This document shows, one piece after another, positions 38,536 to 47,835 of a stretch of DNA of 64,000 nt (within the stretch, counting starts at the first letter, position 1; every line of letters starts with the position of its first letter). The stretch is from an uncultured Polaribacter sp. Its GTDB lineage: Bacteria > Bacteroidota > Bacteroidia > Flavobacteriales > Flavobacteriaceae. Made by a program: the position numbers and the translations under genes. The notes under the pieces are model-generated. The model was not told the DNA's origin. It ran no database searches and saw only the letters and a program-made list of their open reading frames with translations. The stretch is taken from NCBI RefSeq assembly GCF_964000115.1, contig NZ_CAXEWW010000005.1; one strand, given 5' to 3'.

Positions 38536-39183
38536 ATGAATATATTTAAAAATTTATTACCTTTTTTAATCTTGATAGTTACGTTCTCTTATTGTTCACA
38601 GAGTAAGGAGATTGAAGCGGGATTAGACGAGCAAGAAGAGCAAGAAGAAGTTATATACTCAACGGAAGCACCTTTTTATCCAATTGATTTCGAAGCGGAA
38701 GGAAATGGAGCTGAATGGTCATGGACTGTTTTTGAAAATGGATCTAATACCATGATAGAGGTTGTAGAGAATCCTTACAAAACTGGGATGAACACTTCAG
38801 AAACTGTTGCAAAGTTTAGTGCATTGCGGGAAGGTATGCCGTATGCCGGTTGTGAGACAGAACATGGAGAAGACATAGGGGCTTTTAAATTTGACGAAAC
38901 AAATAGTATTGTAAAAATTTTAGTATACAAGACAAGTATTAGTGATGTTGCTTTAAAGTTTGCAGAATATGCACCACCAGGAGTGGGAGCAGAGGCGCAA
39001 CCAGAAGTTAAAGTCGCGAATACAAAAATAAATGAGTGGGAAGAACTAACATTTGACCTATCAGGAAGTATCGGGAAAGGTGCAACCATGATTATTGATC
39101 AAATTATTATTTTCCCAGACTTTACCTCTAGAACGGTAGACAATGTTATCTATTTTGATAACATCACTTTTGGAAATAATTAA
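38536..39183 (+). CDS. Small lipoprotein with acidic linker and single CBM-like module (about 215 aa)
   Basis: Start set at ATG 38536 (MNIFKNLLPFLILIVTFSYCSQ lipobox). The track start at 38467 lies inside the terminator hairpin. E/Q-rich linker, then a module starting IDFEAEG and ending VIYFDNITFG. This pattern resembles the modules in 56510..58939. Confidence 0.6.
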   Translation: MNIFKNLLPFLILIVTFSYCSQSKEIEAGLDEQEEQEEVIYSTEAPFYPIDFEAEGNGAEWSWTVFENGSNTMIEVVENPYKTGMNTSETVAKFSALREGMPYAGCETEHGEDIGAFKFDETNSIVKILVYKTSISDVALKFAEYAPPGVGAEAQPEVKVANTKINEWEELTFDLSGSIGKGATMIIDQIIIFPDFTSRTVDNVIYFDNITFGNN

Positions 39184-39194
39184 AACAGATACAG

Positions 39195-40043
39195 ATGGTA
39201 AAATACATGCTTCTTAATTGCCTTTTTTTATGCTTATTAGCTTCGTGTGGAGATGCGCAAGAAATTGTGGTTGAACCACCAGTTTTGGAACAAAATAGCT
39301 GTCCAGGAACTATTACGGGCGCAACACCTGTTGGAGAGAATGAAGTTCTTATTTGGTCAGACGAATTTGAGACATCGGGAAATCCTTGCAACGATAATTG
39401 GTTATATGATATCGGAAATGGAAGTGGAGGCTGGGGAAATAATGAATCTCAGTACTACACAAGAGAGAATGCTATTGTTCAAGATAATGTCCTGAAAATT
39501 AAAGCAAAAAAAGAAACATACAGAGGATATTCATATACCTCTTCAAGAATGAAAACACAAAACAAGTTCTCTTTTACATATGGTAGAGTTGAAGTACGTG
39601 CAAAACTTCCAAGTGGTGGAGGAACATGGCCTGGAATATGGATGTTAGGTGACGATATAACAACAGTTGGTTGGCCTGGTTGTGGAGAGATTGACATTAT
39701 GGAACATCGAGGGAACAATCAAGGTGTTACTTCTAGTGCGATTCATATGGCGGCAGGGTATGGAAACACGCCGTTTGTTCATGAACGCGATAGAGTAAGT
39801 GATGTGTCAACAAATTTTCACACATACGGCATAGATTGGACTAAAGATAAAATTGATTTTACAGTAGATGGATTCGTCCACTACACTTATAGCCCAGCAA
39901 ACAAAACCAATAGTAATTGGCCTTTTAACAAACCACAATTTATTATTTTAAATGTGGCTATGGGCGGCTCTTTAGGTGGTGCAATTGATCCTGCTTTTGC
40001 AGAGAGCAGCATGGAGATAGATTACGTAAGAGTCTATCAATAA
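39195..40043 (+). CDS. GH16 family endo-beta-1,3-glucanase (laminarinase-type) lipoprotein (282 aa)
   Basis: Lipobox LLASCGD. The GH16 catalytic motif EIDIMEH (ExDxxE) is preceded by WPGIWMLG. Size matches single-domain laminarinases. Confidence 0.85.
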   Translation: MVKYMLLNCLFLCLLASCGDAQEIVVEPPVLEQNSCPGTITGATPVGENEVLIWSDEFETSGNPCNDNWLYDIGNGSGGWGNNESQYYTRENAIVQDNVLKIKAKKETYRGYSYTSSRMKTQNKFSFTYGRVEVRAKLPSGGGTWPGIWMLGDDITTVGWPGCGEIDIMEHRGNNQGVTSSAIHMAAGYGNTPFVHERDRVSDVSTNFHTYGIDWTKDKIDFTVDGFVHYTYSPANKTNSNWPFNKPQFIILNVAMGGSLGGAIDPAFAESSMEIDYVRVYQ

Positions 40044-40071
40044 AAAGCTATTTATAATTTATTATAAAATT

Positions 40072-40096
40072 ACATAAGTATTCATGCTTATGTTTT
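40072..40096 (+). terminator. Hairpin + T-run after the GH16 gene
   Basis: ACATAAG / CTTATGT 7-bp stem with an 8-nt loop, followed by TTTTG. Confidence 0.45.
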
Positions 40097-40188
40097 GGGC
40101 AAGCAATGCATTATTCGCGCAGAAAGATAGTCCATGAAGTGCAATAGGAACACGTTGATTTAATATTCAAAGTTCTAAAAAATAGTTT

Positions 40189-41505
40189 ATGAAACAGAAA
40201 GTCTTAGTATTTGTGCTTCTCTTTTTTATGTTGAATTTATATTCGCAAAAAAATATAGTGTCTGTGAACCATTCCAAAGACGGAATAAAGTTGGTTGTAA
40301 ATGGTTCAGATTTTATGATAAACGGTGTGAATTGGGACTATTTTCCAATAGGAACTAATTATTCTTACAATTTATGGGAACAATCTGCGGTATTTATTAA
40401 ATCTGCTCTAGATAGGGAAATGGCCTTATTAGAAAAAATGGGTGTAAATACAATTCGAGTGTATACAGGTATTCAGCCCAAATGGATAACTTATATCTAT
40501 GAAAATTATGGGATTTATACAATGTTGAATCACTCGTTTGGTCGCTATGGTATTTTTATAAACGGAATATGGAAAGCGTCAACGGATTACAATGATCTTG
40601 AGGTTCAAAGAGTTTTGATTTCTGAAGTTTCTGAACTGGTGTCTTCTTATAAAAATACACGTGGACTTTTATTATTTCTTTTAGGGAATGAAAATAATTA
40701 CGGTCTTTTTTGGGCGGGAGCAGAGACAGAAAATTTTCCAAATGATGAGGAGGAAAAAAATAAAATTGGAGAAAGAAGGGGCAGGGCTATGTATCAATTA
40801 ATGAATGCTGCGGCAATTGCCATGAAAAAAATAGACAACAAACATCCTGTTGCGATATGCAATGGAGACCTCTTATACATAGATATCATAGCAGAAGAGT
40901 GCAAAGATGTAGATATATATGGTACAAATATGTATCGAGGCAGCTCTTTTGGTGATGCATTTGAATTGGTTAAAAAAAAGTTACAGATGCCTATCATGTT
41001 TACTGAGTTTGGTGCAGATGCCTACAATGCAATAAAGCACAAAGAGGACCAAGCAATGCAAGCCTTTTATATGGTGGAAAACTGGAGAGAGATATACGAA
41101 AATGCTGCTGGTCTAGGAAAAGCAGAAAACGCTATAGGGGGGTTTACTTTTCAATTTAGTGACGGCTGGTGGAAGTATGGTCAAACAATACATTTAGAGG
41201 AGCAGAACACAAATGCTTCTTGGGCTTCTGGTGGTTATGATATGGATTATGAGAAGGGAAGTAATAATATGAATGAAGAGTGGTTTGGCATCTGTGCAAA
41301 AGGGCCAAGAAATGACGAAGGTTTATATAAGTTATATCCGAGAGCAGCTTATTTTGCTTTGCAGGAGGTACATCAGTTAGACCCATTTTTAAAAGAAATG
41401 AATTTGATCGTTATTTCGGAACATTTCAAAAAGATAAGATTAAAAAAGTATGTTTTAAAAGCTAAGGAACAAAGGGCGATCTCTTTAAAAGACGACTGGC
41501 GCTAA
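40189..41505 (+). CDS. Secreted clan GH-A (beta/alpha)8 glycoside hydrolase, family not assignable by eye (GH158/GH5/GH2-TIM-like, 438 aa)
   Basis: Signal peptide. Candidate acid/base in LLGNENNYG and candidate nucleophile in MFTEFGADAY, about 100 residues apart. This is the clan GH-A NE...E pattern. Confidence 0.55.
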   Translation: MKQKVLVFVLLFFMLNLYSQKNIVSVNHSKDGIKLVVNGSDFMINGVNWDYFPIGTNYSYNLWEQSAVFIKSALDREMALLEKMGVNTIRVYTGIQPKWITYIYENYGIYTMLNHSFGRYGIFINGIWKASTDYNDLEVQRVLISEVSELVSSYKNTRGLLLFLLGNENNYGLFWAGAETENFPNDEEEKNKIGERRGRAMYQLMNAAAIAMKKIDNKHPVAICNGDLLYIDIIAEECKDVDIYGTNMYRGSSFGDAFELVKKKLQMPIMFTEFGADAYNAIKHKEDQAMQAFYMVENWREIYENAAGLGKAENAIGGFTFQFSDGWWKYGQTIHLEEQNTNASWASGGYDMDYEKGSNNMNEEWFGICAKGPRNDEGLYKLYPRAAYFALQEVHQLDPFLKEMNLIVISEHFKKIRLKKYVLKAKEQRAISLKDDWR

Positions 41506-41579
41506 ATATATGTAAGCAAAATATAATTTTAATAAGAACCTCTTTAAATAAATGTAGAGGTCACAGAAGCAAAATTTTA

Positions 41580-44500
41580 ATGACAAAAAAGACTATTTTT
41601 TTAGGAAAAAATAAAGCAAATTTTCAATCCCAAGCGGTAAAAGGTGAAATGATTCACTTTGAAAATGAAACGTATTATAAGATTGCCAATAGTAATGAAA
41701 TGAGGCCTTTCTTTATGAGTTTAGTTTCAGACTCTAACCATTGGATGTTTATCTCTAGCAATGGCGGGCTAACTGCCGGTAGAAAGAATAGTGAGTATTC
41801 GCTATTTCCTTATTATACAGATGATAAAATTACAGAAGCTGCAGATGTTACGGGTAGCAAAACTATTTTTCAAATTGTAAAAAACGGAAATGTGTATTTG
41901 TGGGAGCCTTTTTCACAGCGTCAAGTTGGGCTGTATGCAACAAAACAAAATTTATATAAAAATAGTTTTGGAAATAAAGTTGTTTTTGAGGAGGTAAACG
42001 AAGACTTAGGGATTACGTATCGATATCAGTGGAGTTCTACTGATACTTTTGGATTTGTAAAAAAATCTACTTTAGTAAATAATTCTTCAGAAAAAGTAGC
42101 CATCACATTTTTAGACGGATTACAGAATATCATTCCCTCAGATGTTGAAACAGATTTGCAAAACTCTAGAAGTAATCTAGTGGATGCATATAAGAAAAGT
42201 GAATTGCAACTTCCGTCTGGTTTGGGAGTATTTGCTTTAAGCGCAATAATTGTAGACAAGGCAGAACCGAGTGAGGCTTTAAAAGCAAATATTGTATGGT
42301 CTTTAGGTATTGAAAATCCTACCTACTTGTTATCTTCAATGCAGTTAGATAATTTCAGGAGCGGAAAAGAGATCCATCAAGAAGTGGATGTAAAGGCAGA
42401 AAAAGGAGCTTATTTTGTGAGTGCTGATATCTGCTTAGAAGCAAATGAAACTAAGGAATGGCATTTTATTGCCAATGTAAATCAGACCATAGGAGATATT
42501 CAAAGGATTTCGAAAGCAATCTGCAATGATAAAAATTTAGGAAATAGTATTCAGGAAGATATAGAATTAGGAACTAAAAAATTAATAGCTTTAACTGGAG
42601 CTGCAGATGGTTTGCAGGTAACTGAAGATCCTTTAATTAGTACAAGACATTTTGCAAATACACTTTTCAACTTAATGCGGGGTGGTACTTTTGATGATGA
42701 TTATAATATTGAAAAGCAAGATTTTATAAAATACATTGCAAAGGCAAATAAGAAGGTAATCAAGAAAAAAGAAGCTTTGTTAAATGATTTACCAGAATTA
42801 TTTAAATTAAACACGATTCTTGAAATCGCAGAGAATGACGAGGATCAGAACTTTAAAAGACTTTGCTTCGAGTATTTACCGCTAAAATTTAGTAGAAGAC
42901 ACGGAGATCCAAGTAGGCCTTGGAACAAGTTTTCGATCAATACGAAAAATGAGATAGACGGTTCTAAAATTTTAGATTATGAAGGAAACTGGCGCGATAT
43001 TTTCCAAAACTGGGAAACCTTGGCACACTCGTATCCTGCCTTTATAGAGAGCATGATTCATAAGTTTTTAAATGCTACAACTTTTGACGGTTACAATCCG
43101 TATCGCGTAACAAAAGATGGTTTTGATTGGGAAATTATAGAAGAAAATGATCCTTGGTCTTATATCGGGTATTGGGGAGATCATCAAATAATTTATTTAT
43201 TAAAATTCTTAGAATTTATAGAAAATCATTATCCAAATCAATTGGAGAAAAGATTTTCTGAAGACATTTTTGTATATGCAAATGTACCTTACAAGATAAA
43301 AGACTACCAGAGTATCCTAGCAAACCCGAAAGATACTATCGAATTTGATCATGAGTTAGATGCTAAAATTCATCAAAAGAAAGAAGAATTAGGGGCAGAT
43401 GGCGCTTTATTAAGAGATGAAAATTTCTTTATATATAAAGTAAACTTAATAGAAAAATTATTAGCGACTGTTTTAGCGAAGGTTTCTAACTTTATTCCTG
43501 AAGGTGGAATTTGGATGAATACGCAGCGTCCCGAATGGAATGATGCAAACAATGCGTTAGTAGGGAATGGTGTTTCTATGGTAACCTTAAACTACTTGAA
43601 TCGTTTTATAAATTTCTTCGACAAATTAGTTTCAAAATCAGCAACAGAAGAGGTTGAAATTTCATCAGAATTAGCAGACTTTTTTAACGAAGTAGTACGA
43701 ACGTTCACTCAAAATAAAAAGATACTTTCAGGTGCTGTATCGGATACACAACGAAAAACAGTTTTAGATGGTTTAGGGGAAGCAGGAAGCGCATACAGAG
43801 CTGCAATCTATGAAAATGGATTTTCTAGTGACCGAAGTACGATTACAAAAACAGCCTTATTAGCGTTCTTTTCAATTACAAAGGAGTATTTAGAGCATAC
43901 GATCAAAGCAAACAAACGATCAGATAATTTATACCATGCGTATAACTTAATGACTGTAGAGAATGATTTAGAAGTATCTGTCTCTTATTTGCCCGAGATG
44001 TTAGAAGGGCAAGTAGCCGTTTTAAGTGCAGGTTATTTATCTTCTCAAGAAGCATTGGCCGTTTTAGACGGTATGAAAGCAAGTGCTTTGTTTAGGGAAG
44101 ACCAATACAGCTACATTTTATATCCAAATAAAGAGTTGGCACGTTTTGATGAGAAAAATGTTATTTCTAAAACGGCAGTGGCGCAGTCCAAATTATTAAC
44201 AAAGCTTGCGCGTGATACCAATACTCAAATTATCAATCAAGATGTTGCAGGGAAGTACCACTTTAATGCCAATTTTAATAATGCAAACAGCTTAAATGAA
44301 GCTTTTGAAGAATTACCTGAAGTATATTTAGAATTGCTAGAAGAGGAATCAAAATTAGTATTAAATATTTTTGAAGAGGTTTTCAATCACAAAGCATTTA
44401 CAGGGAGATCTGGAACTTTCTTTGGGTATGAAGGTTTGGGTTCTATCTACTGGCACATGGTTTCAAAATTATTATTAGCAGTGCAAGAAAATTGTTTAAT

Positions 44501-45038
44501 AGCGGTTCAAAATAAGGAAAGTGAGGTTTTAATAGGAAAGCTTTTTGACCATTATTATGAGATTCAAGCGGGTATTGGTGTGCATAAATCACCTGAATTA
44601 TATGGCGCGTTTCCAACAGATCCGTATTCACATACACCAGGAGGAAAAGGAGCACAGCAACCAGGAATGACAGGTCAAGTGAAAGAAGATGTGTTAAGCA
44701 GAATAGGAGAACTTGGTGTTTTTGTAAGAGCAGGTAAAATTGTTTTTAATCCAAGATTGTTAAGAGCGGCTGAGTTTGTGAGTACTCCCAAAACTTTTAA
44801 ATATACAGCAATTAGTAAAGAAGATAAAATAATTGAGTTGGCAGAAGGTTCTCTTGGTTTTACGTATTGCCAAGTGCCGGTTGTATATAAGAATACTCCT
44901 TTACAAGGGGTTAAGGTGTTCTATACTGATGGAAGTATAACAGAAATTAAAGCGCTTGTTCTTGACGAGAAGGTCTCAAAATTAATTTTTGAAAGAACAG
45001 GGAGAGTAGCCAAAATTGAAGTTGCTGTAAAGAAGTAA
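41580..45038 (+). CDS. Large cytoplasmic glycoside phosphorylase candidate (GH149/GH94-like beta-1,3-glucan phosphorylase, 1152 aa)
   Basis: No signal peptide or TM segment. About 1150 aa, as I recall for GH149 enzymes. The internal RPEWNDANNAL resembles the (D/E)WND catalytic-Asp region of GH94-type phosphorylases. Embedded between beta-glucanase genes and an MFS symporter. The family call rests on memory and context, not a search. Confidence 0.5.
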   Translation: MTKKTIFLGKNKANFQSQAVKGEMIHFENETYYKIANSNEMRPFFMSLVSDSNHWMFISSNGGLTAGRKNSEYSLFPYYTDDKITEAADVTGSKTIFQIVKNGNVYLWEPFSQRQVGLYATKQNLYKNSFGNKVVFEEVNEDLGITYRYQWSSTDTFGFVKKSTLVNNSSEKVAITFLDGLQNIIPSDVETDLQNSRSNLVDAYKKSELQLPSGLGVFALSAIIVDKAEPSEALKANIVWSLGIENPTYLLSSMQLDNFRSGKEIHQEVDVKAEKGAYFVSADICLEANETKEWHFIANVNQTIGDIQRISKAICNDKNLGNSIQEDIELGTKKLIALTGAADGLQVTEDPLISTRHFANTLFNLMRGGTFDDDYNIEKQDFIKYIAKANKKVIKKKEALLNDLPELFKLNTILEIAENDEDQNFKRLCFEYLPLKFSRRHGDPSRPWNKFSINTKNEIDGSKILDYEGNWRDIFQNWETLAHSYPAFIESMIHKFLNATTFDGYNPYRVTKDGFDWEIIEENDPWSYIGYWGDHQIIYLLKFLEFIENHYPNQLEKRFSEDIFVYANVPYKIKDYQSILANPKDTIEFDHELDAKIHQKKEELGADGALLRDENFFIYKVNLIEKLLATVLAKVSNFIPEGGIWMNTQRPEWNDANNALVGNGVSMVTLNYLNRFINFFDKLVSKSATEEVEISSELADFFNEVVRTFTQNKKILSGAVSDTQRKTVLDGLGEAGSAYRAAIYENGFSSDRSTITKTALLAFFSITKEYLEHTIKANKRSDNLYHAYNLMTVENDLEVSVSYLPEMLEGQVAVLSAGYLSSQEALAVLDGMKASALFREDQYSYILYPNKELARFDEKNVISKTAVAQSKLLTKLARDTNTQIINQDVAGKYHFNANFNNANSLNEAFEELPEVYLELLEEESKLVLNIFEEVFNHKAFTGRSGTFFGYEGLGSIYWHMVSKLLLAVQENCLIAVQNKESEVLIGKLFDHYYEIQAGIGVHKSPELYGAFPTDPYSHTPGGKGAQQPGMTGQVKEDVLSRIGELGVFVRAGKIVFNPRLLRAAEFVSTPKTFKYTAISKEDKIIELAEGSLGFTYCQVPVVYKNTPLQGVKVFYTDGSITEIKALVLDEKVSKLIFERTGRVAKIEVAVKK

Positions 45039-45066
45039 GTTGCTAATATAAATTAGAATTGAATAT

Positions 45067-46335
45067 ATGAAAATTGTCATTGCGTTTCTTGCATTCACCC
45101 TTGCGGTGGGTTGCAATTCTAAAAATAAGTTACAGTCACAAGCTACTCAAGAAGTAGCAATGACTGCGGCTACAATTTTAGGAAACTCAGAATATCTAGC
45201 AATTTCATATGGAGGTTATCGACACATAGAGCACGCAATAGAGCCCACTATAAAAGAACTGAAAGAAGATATGAAGTTGCTAGCAGCAATGGGCGTAAAA
45301 ATTCTTCGGACCTATAAAGTGCATTTGCCACAAGCATCAAATGTGCTTGCGGCGATTTCAGAGTTGAAAAACGAAGATGTGAATTTTGAAATGTATGTAA
45401 TGTTAGGTGCTTGGATCGATTGCAAAAATGCGTGGACGGAACTAGCACCAGACCATGAAAATGAAAGTGAAAGAAACGCAGTAGAAATTGCTACTACTGT
45501 AGCATTGGCAAAAAAATATCCTAGTATTGTTAAAGTGATTGCGGTGGGTAATGAAGCCATGGTAAAATGGGCCACAAGTTATTATGTGCAGCCTAAGATT
45601 ATTTTAAAATGGGTACACCATTTACAAGGGTTAAAGAAATCTGGAGTACTTTCTAAAGATTTATGGATTACCAGTTCAGATGATTTTTCCTCTTGGGGTG
45701 GCGGCGGAACTGAATACCACACACCAGATTTAGAAAAATTAATAAAAGCAGTAGATTATATCTCGATGCATACCTATGCATATCACAATTCTCATTACAA
45801 TCCAACTTTTTGGGAAGTTCCTGAATCGGAAAAAGAACTTTCGGATATTGAAAAAGTGGAGCGTGCAATGGTACGTGCAAAAACCTTTGCCGTTGCGCAA
45901 TATAAGAACGTGAAAAATTATATGACTTCTTTAGGCATCGACAAACCAATACATATTGGCGAGTCTGGATGGGCAACAAAGTCAAATGGTTTTTATGGAC
46001 AGAAGGGGTCGCACGCAACAGATGAGTATAAACAGGGTTTGTATTTCCAGCAGATGAGAGAATGGACAAAAAAAGAAGGTATTTCCTGTTTTTATTTTGA
46101 AGCTTTTGACGAACAATGGAAGGATGCAGCAAATCCTTTAGGTTCAGAAAATCACTTTGGTTTGATCAATTTAAAAGGAGAAGCAAAGTATCCACTTTGG
46201 GATTTAGTAGATGCGGGTGTTTTTAATGGGCTGACTAGAAATGGTAAAAACATTACAAAAACATACAATGGAGATAAAGCACTTTTAATGCAAAGTGTTT
46301 TAGTTCCTAATATTAAATATAAACGAGCTAATTAA
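45067..46335 (+). CDS. GH17 family beta-1,3-glucanase lipoprotein (422 aa)
   Basis: Lipobox AVGC. GH17 catalytic regions VIAVGNEAMV and IHIGESGWATKS. C-terminal FEAFDEQWK and ENHFGLINL. Confidence 0.8.
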   Translation: MKIVIAFLAFTLAVGCNSKNKLQSQATQEVAMTAATILGNSEYLAISYGGYRHIEHAIEPTIKELKEDMKLLAAMGVKILRTYKVHLPQASNVLAAISELKNEDVNFEMYVMLGAWIDCKNAWTELAPDHENESERNAVEIATTVALAKKYPSIVKVIAVGNEAMVKWATSYYVQPKIILKWVHHLQGLKKSGVLSKDLWITSSDDFSSWGGGGTEYHTPDLEKLIKAVDYISMHTYAYHNSHYNPTFWEVPESEKELSDIEKVERAMVRAKTFAVAQYKNVKNYMTSLGIDKPIHIGESGWATKSNGFYGQKGSHATDEYKQGLYFQQMREWTKKEGISCFYFEAFDEQWKDAANPLGSENHFGLINLKGEAKYPLWDLVDAGVFNGLTRNGKNITKTYNGDKALLMQSVLVPNIKYKRAN

Positions 46336-47831
46336 TGTTAAAGAAGACTGCTTATTTTTTTGGTATTATTCTCTTGTTCTTCTCGACAGGGTGCACGCCA
46401 GTAAACAATAATTTGAAAGCGGTGGTTTATGAAACCTCAGAAAGTGGGCATAAACTAACTGAAATTTCTGATTTTGCTACTGTTGAAAATACAAGTATAA
46501 TTCGTTTGTACCCGCACAAGGAAAGGCAGACAATTACTGGTTTTGGAGGTTCATTTACGGAAGCATCGGCCTCTTTACTAAATGCTTTAAGTAAAAAGAA
46601 CAGAGATACCATTATACAAGCTTATTTTTCTGAAGAAGGCGCTAATTATTCTCTTACAAGAACCCATATGAACTCATGTGATTTTTCACTGAGTCAATAT
46701 TCCTATGCGCCAGTAGCAGAAGATATGGATTTAGAACACTTTACAATTGAAGAGGATCGGGCAGATATCATCCCAATGATTAAGGATGCAATGAAGGTCT
46801 CTAAAGAGGGTTTTAAAATAGTGGCATCTCCTTGGACGGCATCTCCATGGATGAAAGACAATAAAGCATGGGTTGGTGGAAAACTACTTCCAAAATATTA
46901 TGATACTTGGGCATTATTTTTCTCGAAATATGTTTCAGCATATCAAAAAGAAGGAATTAATATCTGGGGTTTTACGGTTGAAAATGAGCCTTTAGGAAAT
47001 GGAAATAACTGGGAAAGTATGCATTATTCTCCTGATGAAATGACCAATTTTGTTCAGAACTATTTAGGACCAAAATTGGCATTAGAAAATCAAAATGTTA
47101 AAATTTTAGGATACGATCAAAATAGAGAACACTTAAAGGAGTGGGTAGATTCGATGTATGAAAATGAAGCCTCCTCAAAATATTTTGATGGCACAGCCGT
47201 GCACTGGTATGCCAGTACTTATGAAGTGTTTCCAGAAGAATTACAATATGCACATCACAAAGCACCAAATAAATATCTAATTCAATCGGAAGCTTGTATT
47301 GATTCAGAAATTCCGAAGTGGAAAGACGATGCTTGGTATTGGGAAAAAGAGGCAACCGATTGGGGTTGGGATTGGGCGCAAGAAAAAGACAAGTACTTGC
47401 ATCCAAAATATGCGCCTGTAAATAGATATGCGAGAGATATTATTGGCTGTTTAAATAATTATGTAGATGGCTGGATTGATTGGAATATGGTTTTAGATAC
47501 ACAAGGTGGACCAAACTGGTTTAAAAATTGGTGTTTGGCTCCTGTAATTGTGGATCCAGAAAAAGATGAAATCTATTTTACACCACTGTATTATACATTA
47601 GCTCATTTTAGTAAATATATAAGACCAGGAGCAACTGTTATTGCATTAGAAAATTCAGACAAAGAATTAGAAGTAACTGCAGCAAAAAATTTAGACGGCT
47701 CTATTGCAGTAGTCGTTTTTAATGAAGGAAAAAGTAAAAAGAATTTTAAAATTCAGTTAGGAACGAAAGAAAAAGTCATTAATATCAACCCCCAAGCTAT
47801 TCAAACAATAGTGATATCATCAAAAAAATAG
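46335..47831 (+). CDS. GH30 family beta-glucosidase/beta-1,6-glucanase lipoprotein (498 aa)
   Basis: Lipobox STGC. Contains QTITGFGGSFTEASA, the acid/base region GFTVENEP and the nucleophile region LIQSEACI. The start overlaps the GH17 stop (TAATG). Confidence 0.8.
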   Translation: MLKKTAYFFGIILLFFSTGCTPVNNNLKAVVYETSESGHKLTEISDFATVENTSIIRLYPHKERQTITGFGGSFTEASASLLNALSKKNRDTIIQAYFSEEGANYSLTRTHMNSCDFSLSQYSYAPVAEDMDLEHFTIEEDRADIIPMIKDAMKVSKEGFKIVASPWTASPWMKDNKAWVGGKLLPKYYDTWALFFSKYVSAYQKEGINIWGFTVENEPLGNGNNWESMHYSPDEMTNFVQNYLGPKLALENQNVKILGYDQNREHLKEWVDSMYENEASSKYFDGTAVHWYASTYEVFPEELQYAHHKAPNKYLIQSEACIDSEIPKWKDDAWYWEKEATDWGWDWAQEKDKYLHPKYAPVNRYARDIIGCLNNYVDGWIDWNMVLDTQGGPNWFKNWCLAPVIVDPEKDEIYFTPLYYTLAHFSKYIRPGATVIALENSDKELEVTAAKNLDGSIAVVVFNEGKSKKNFKIQLGTKEKVININPQAIQTIVISSKK

Positions 47832-47835
47832 TTAA

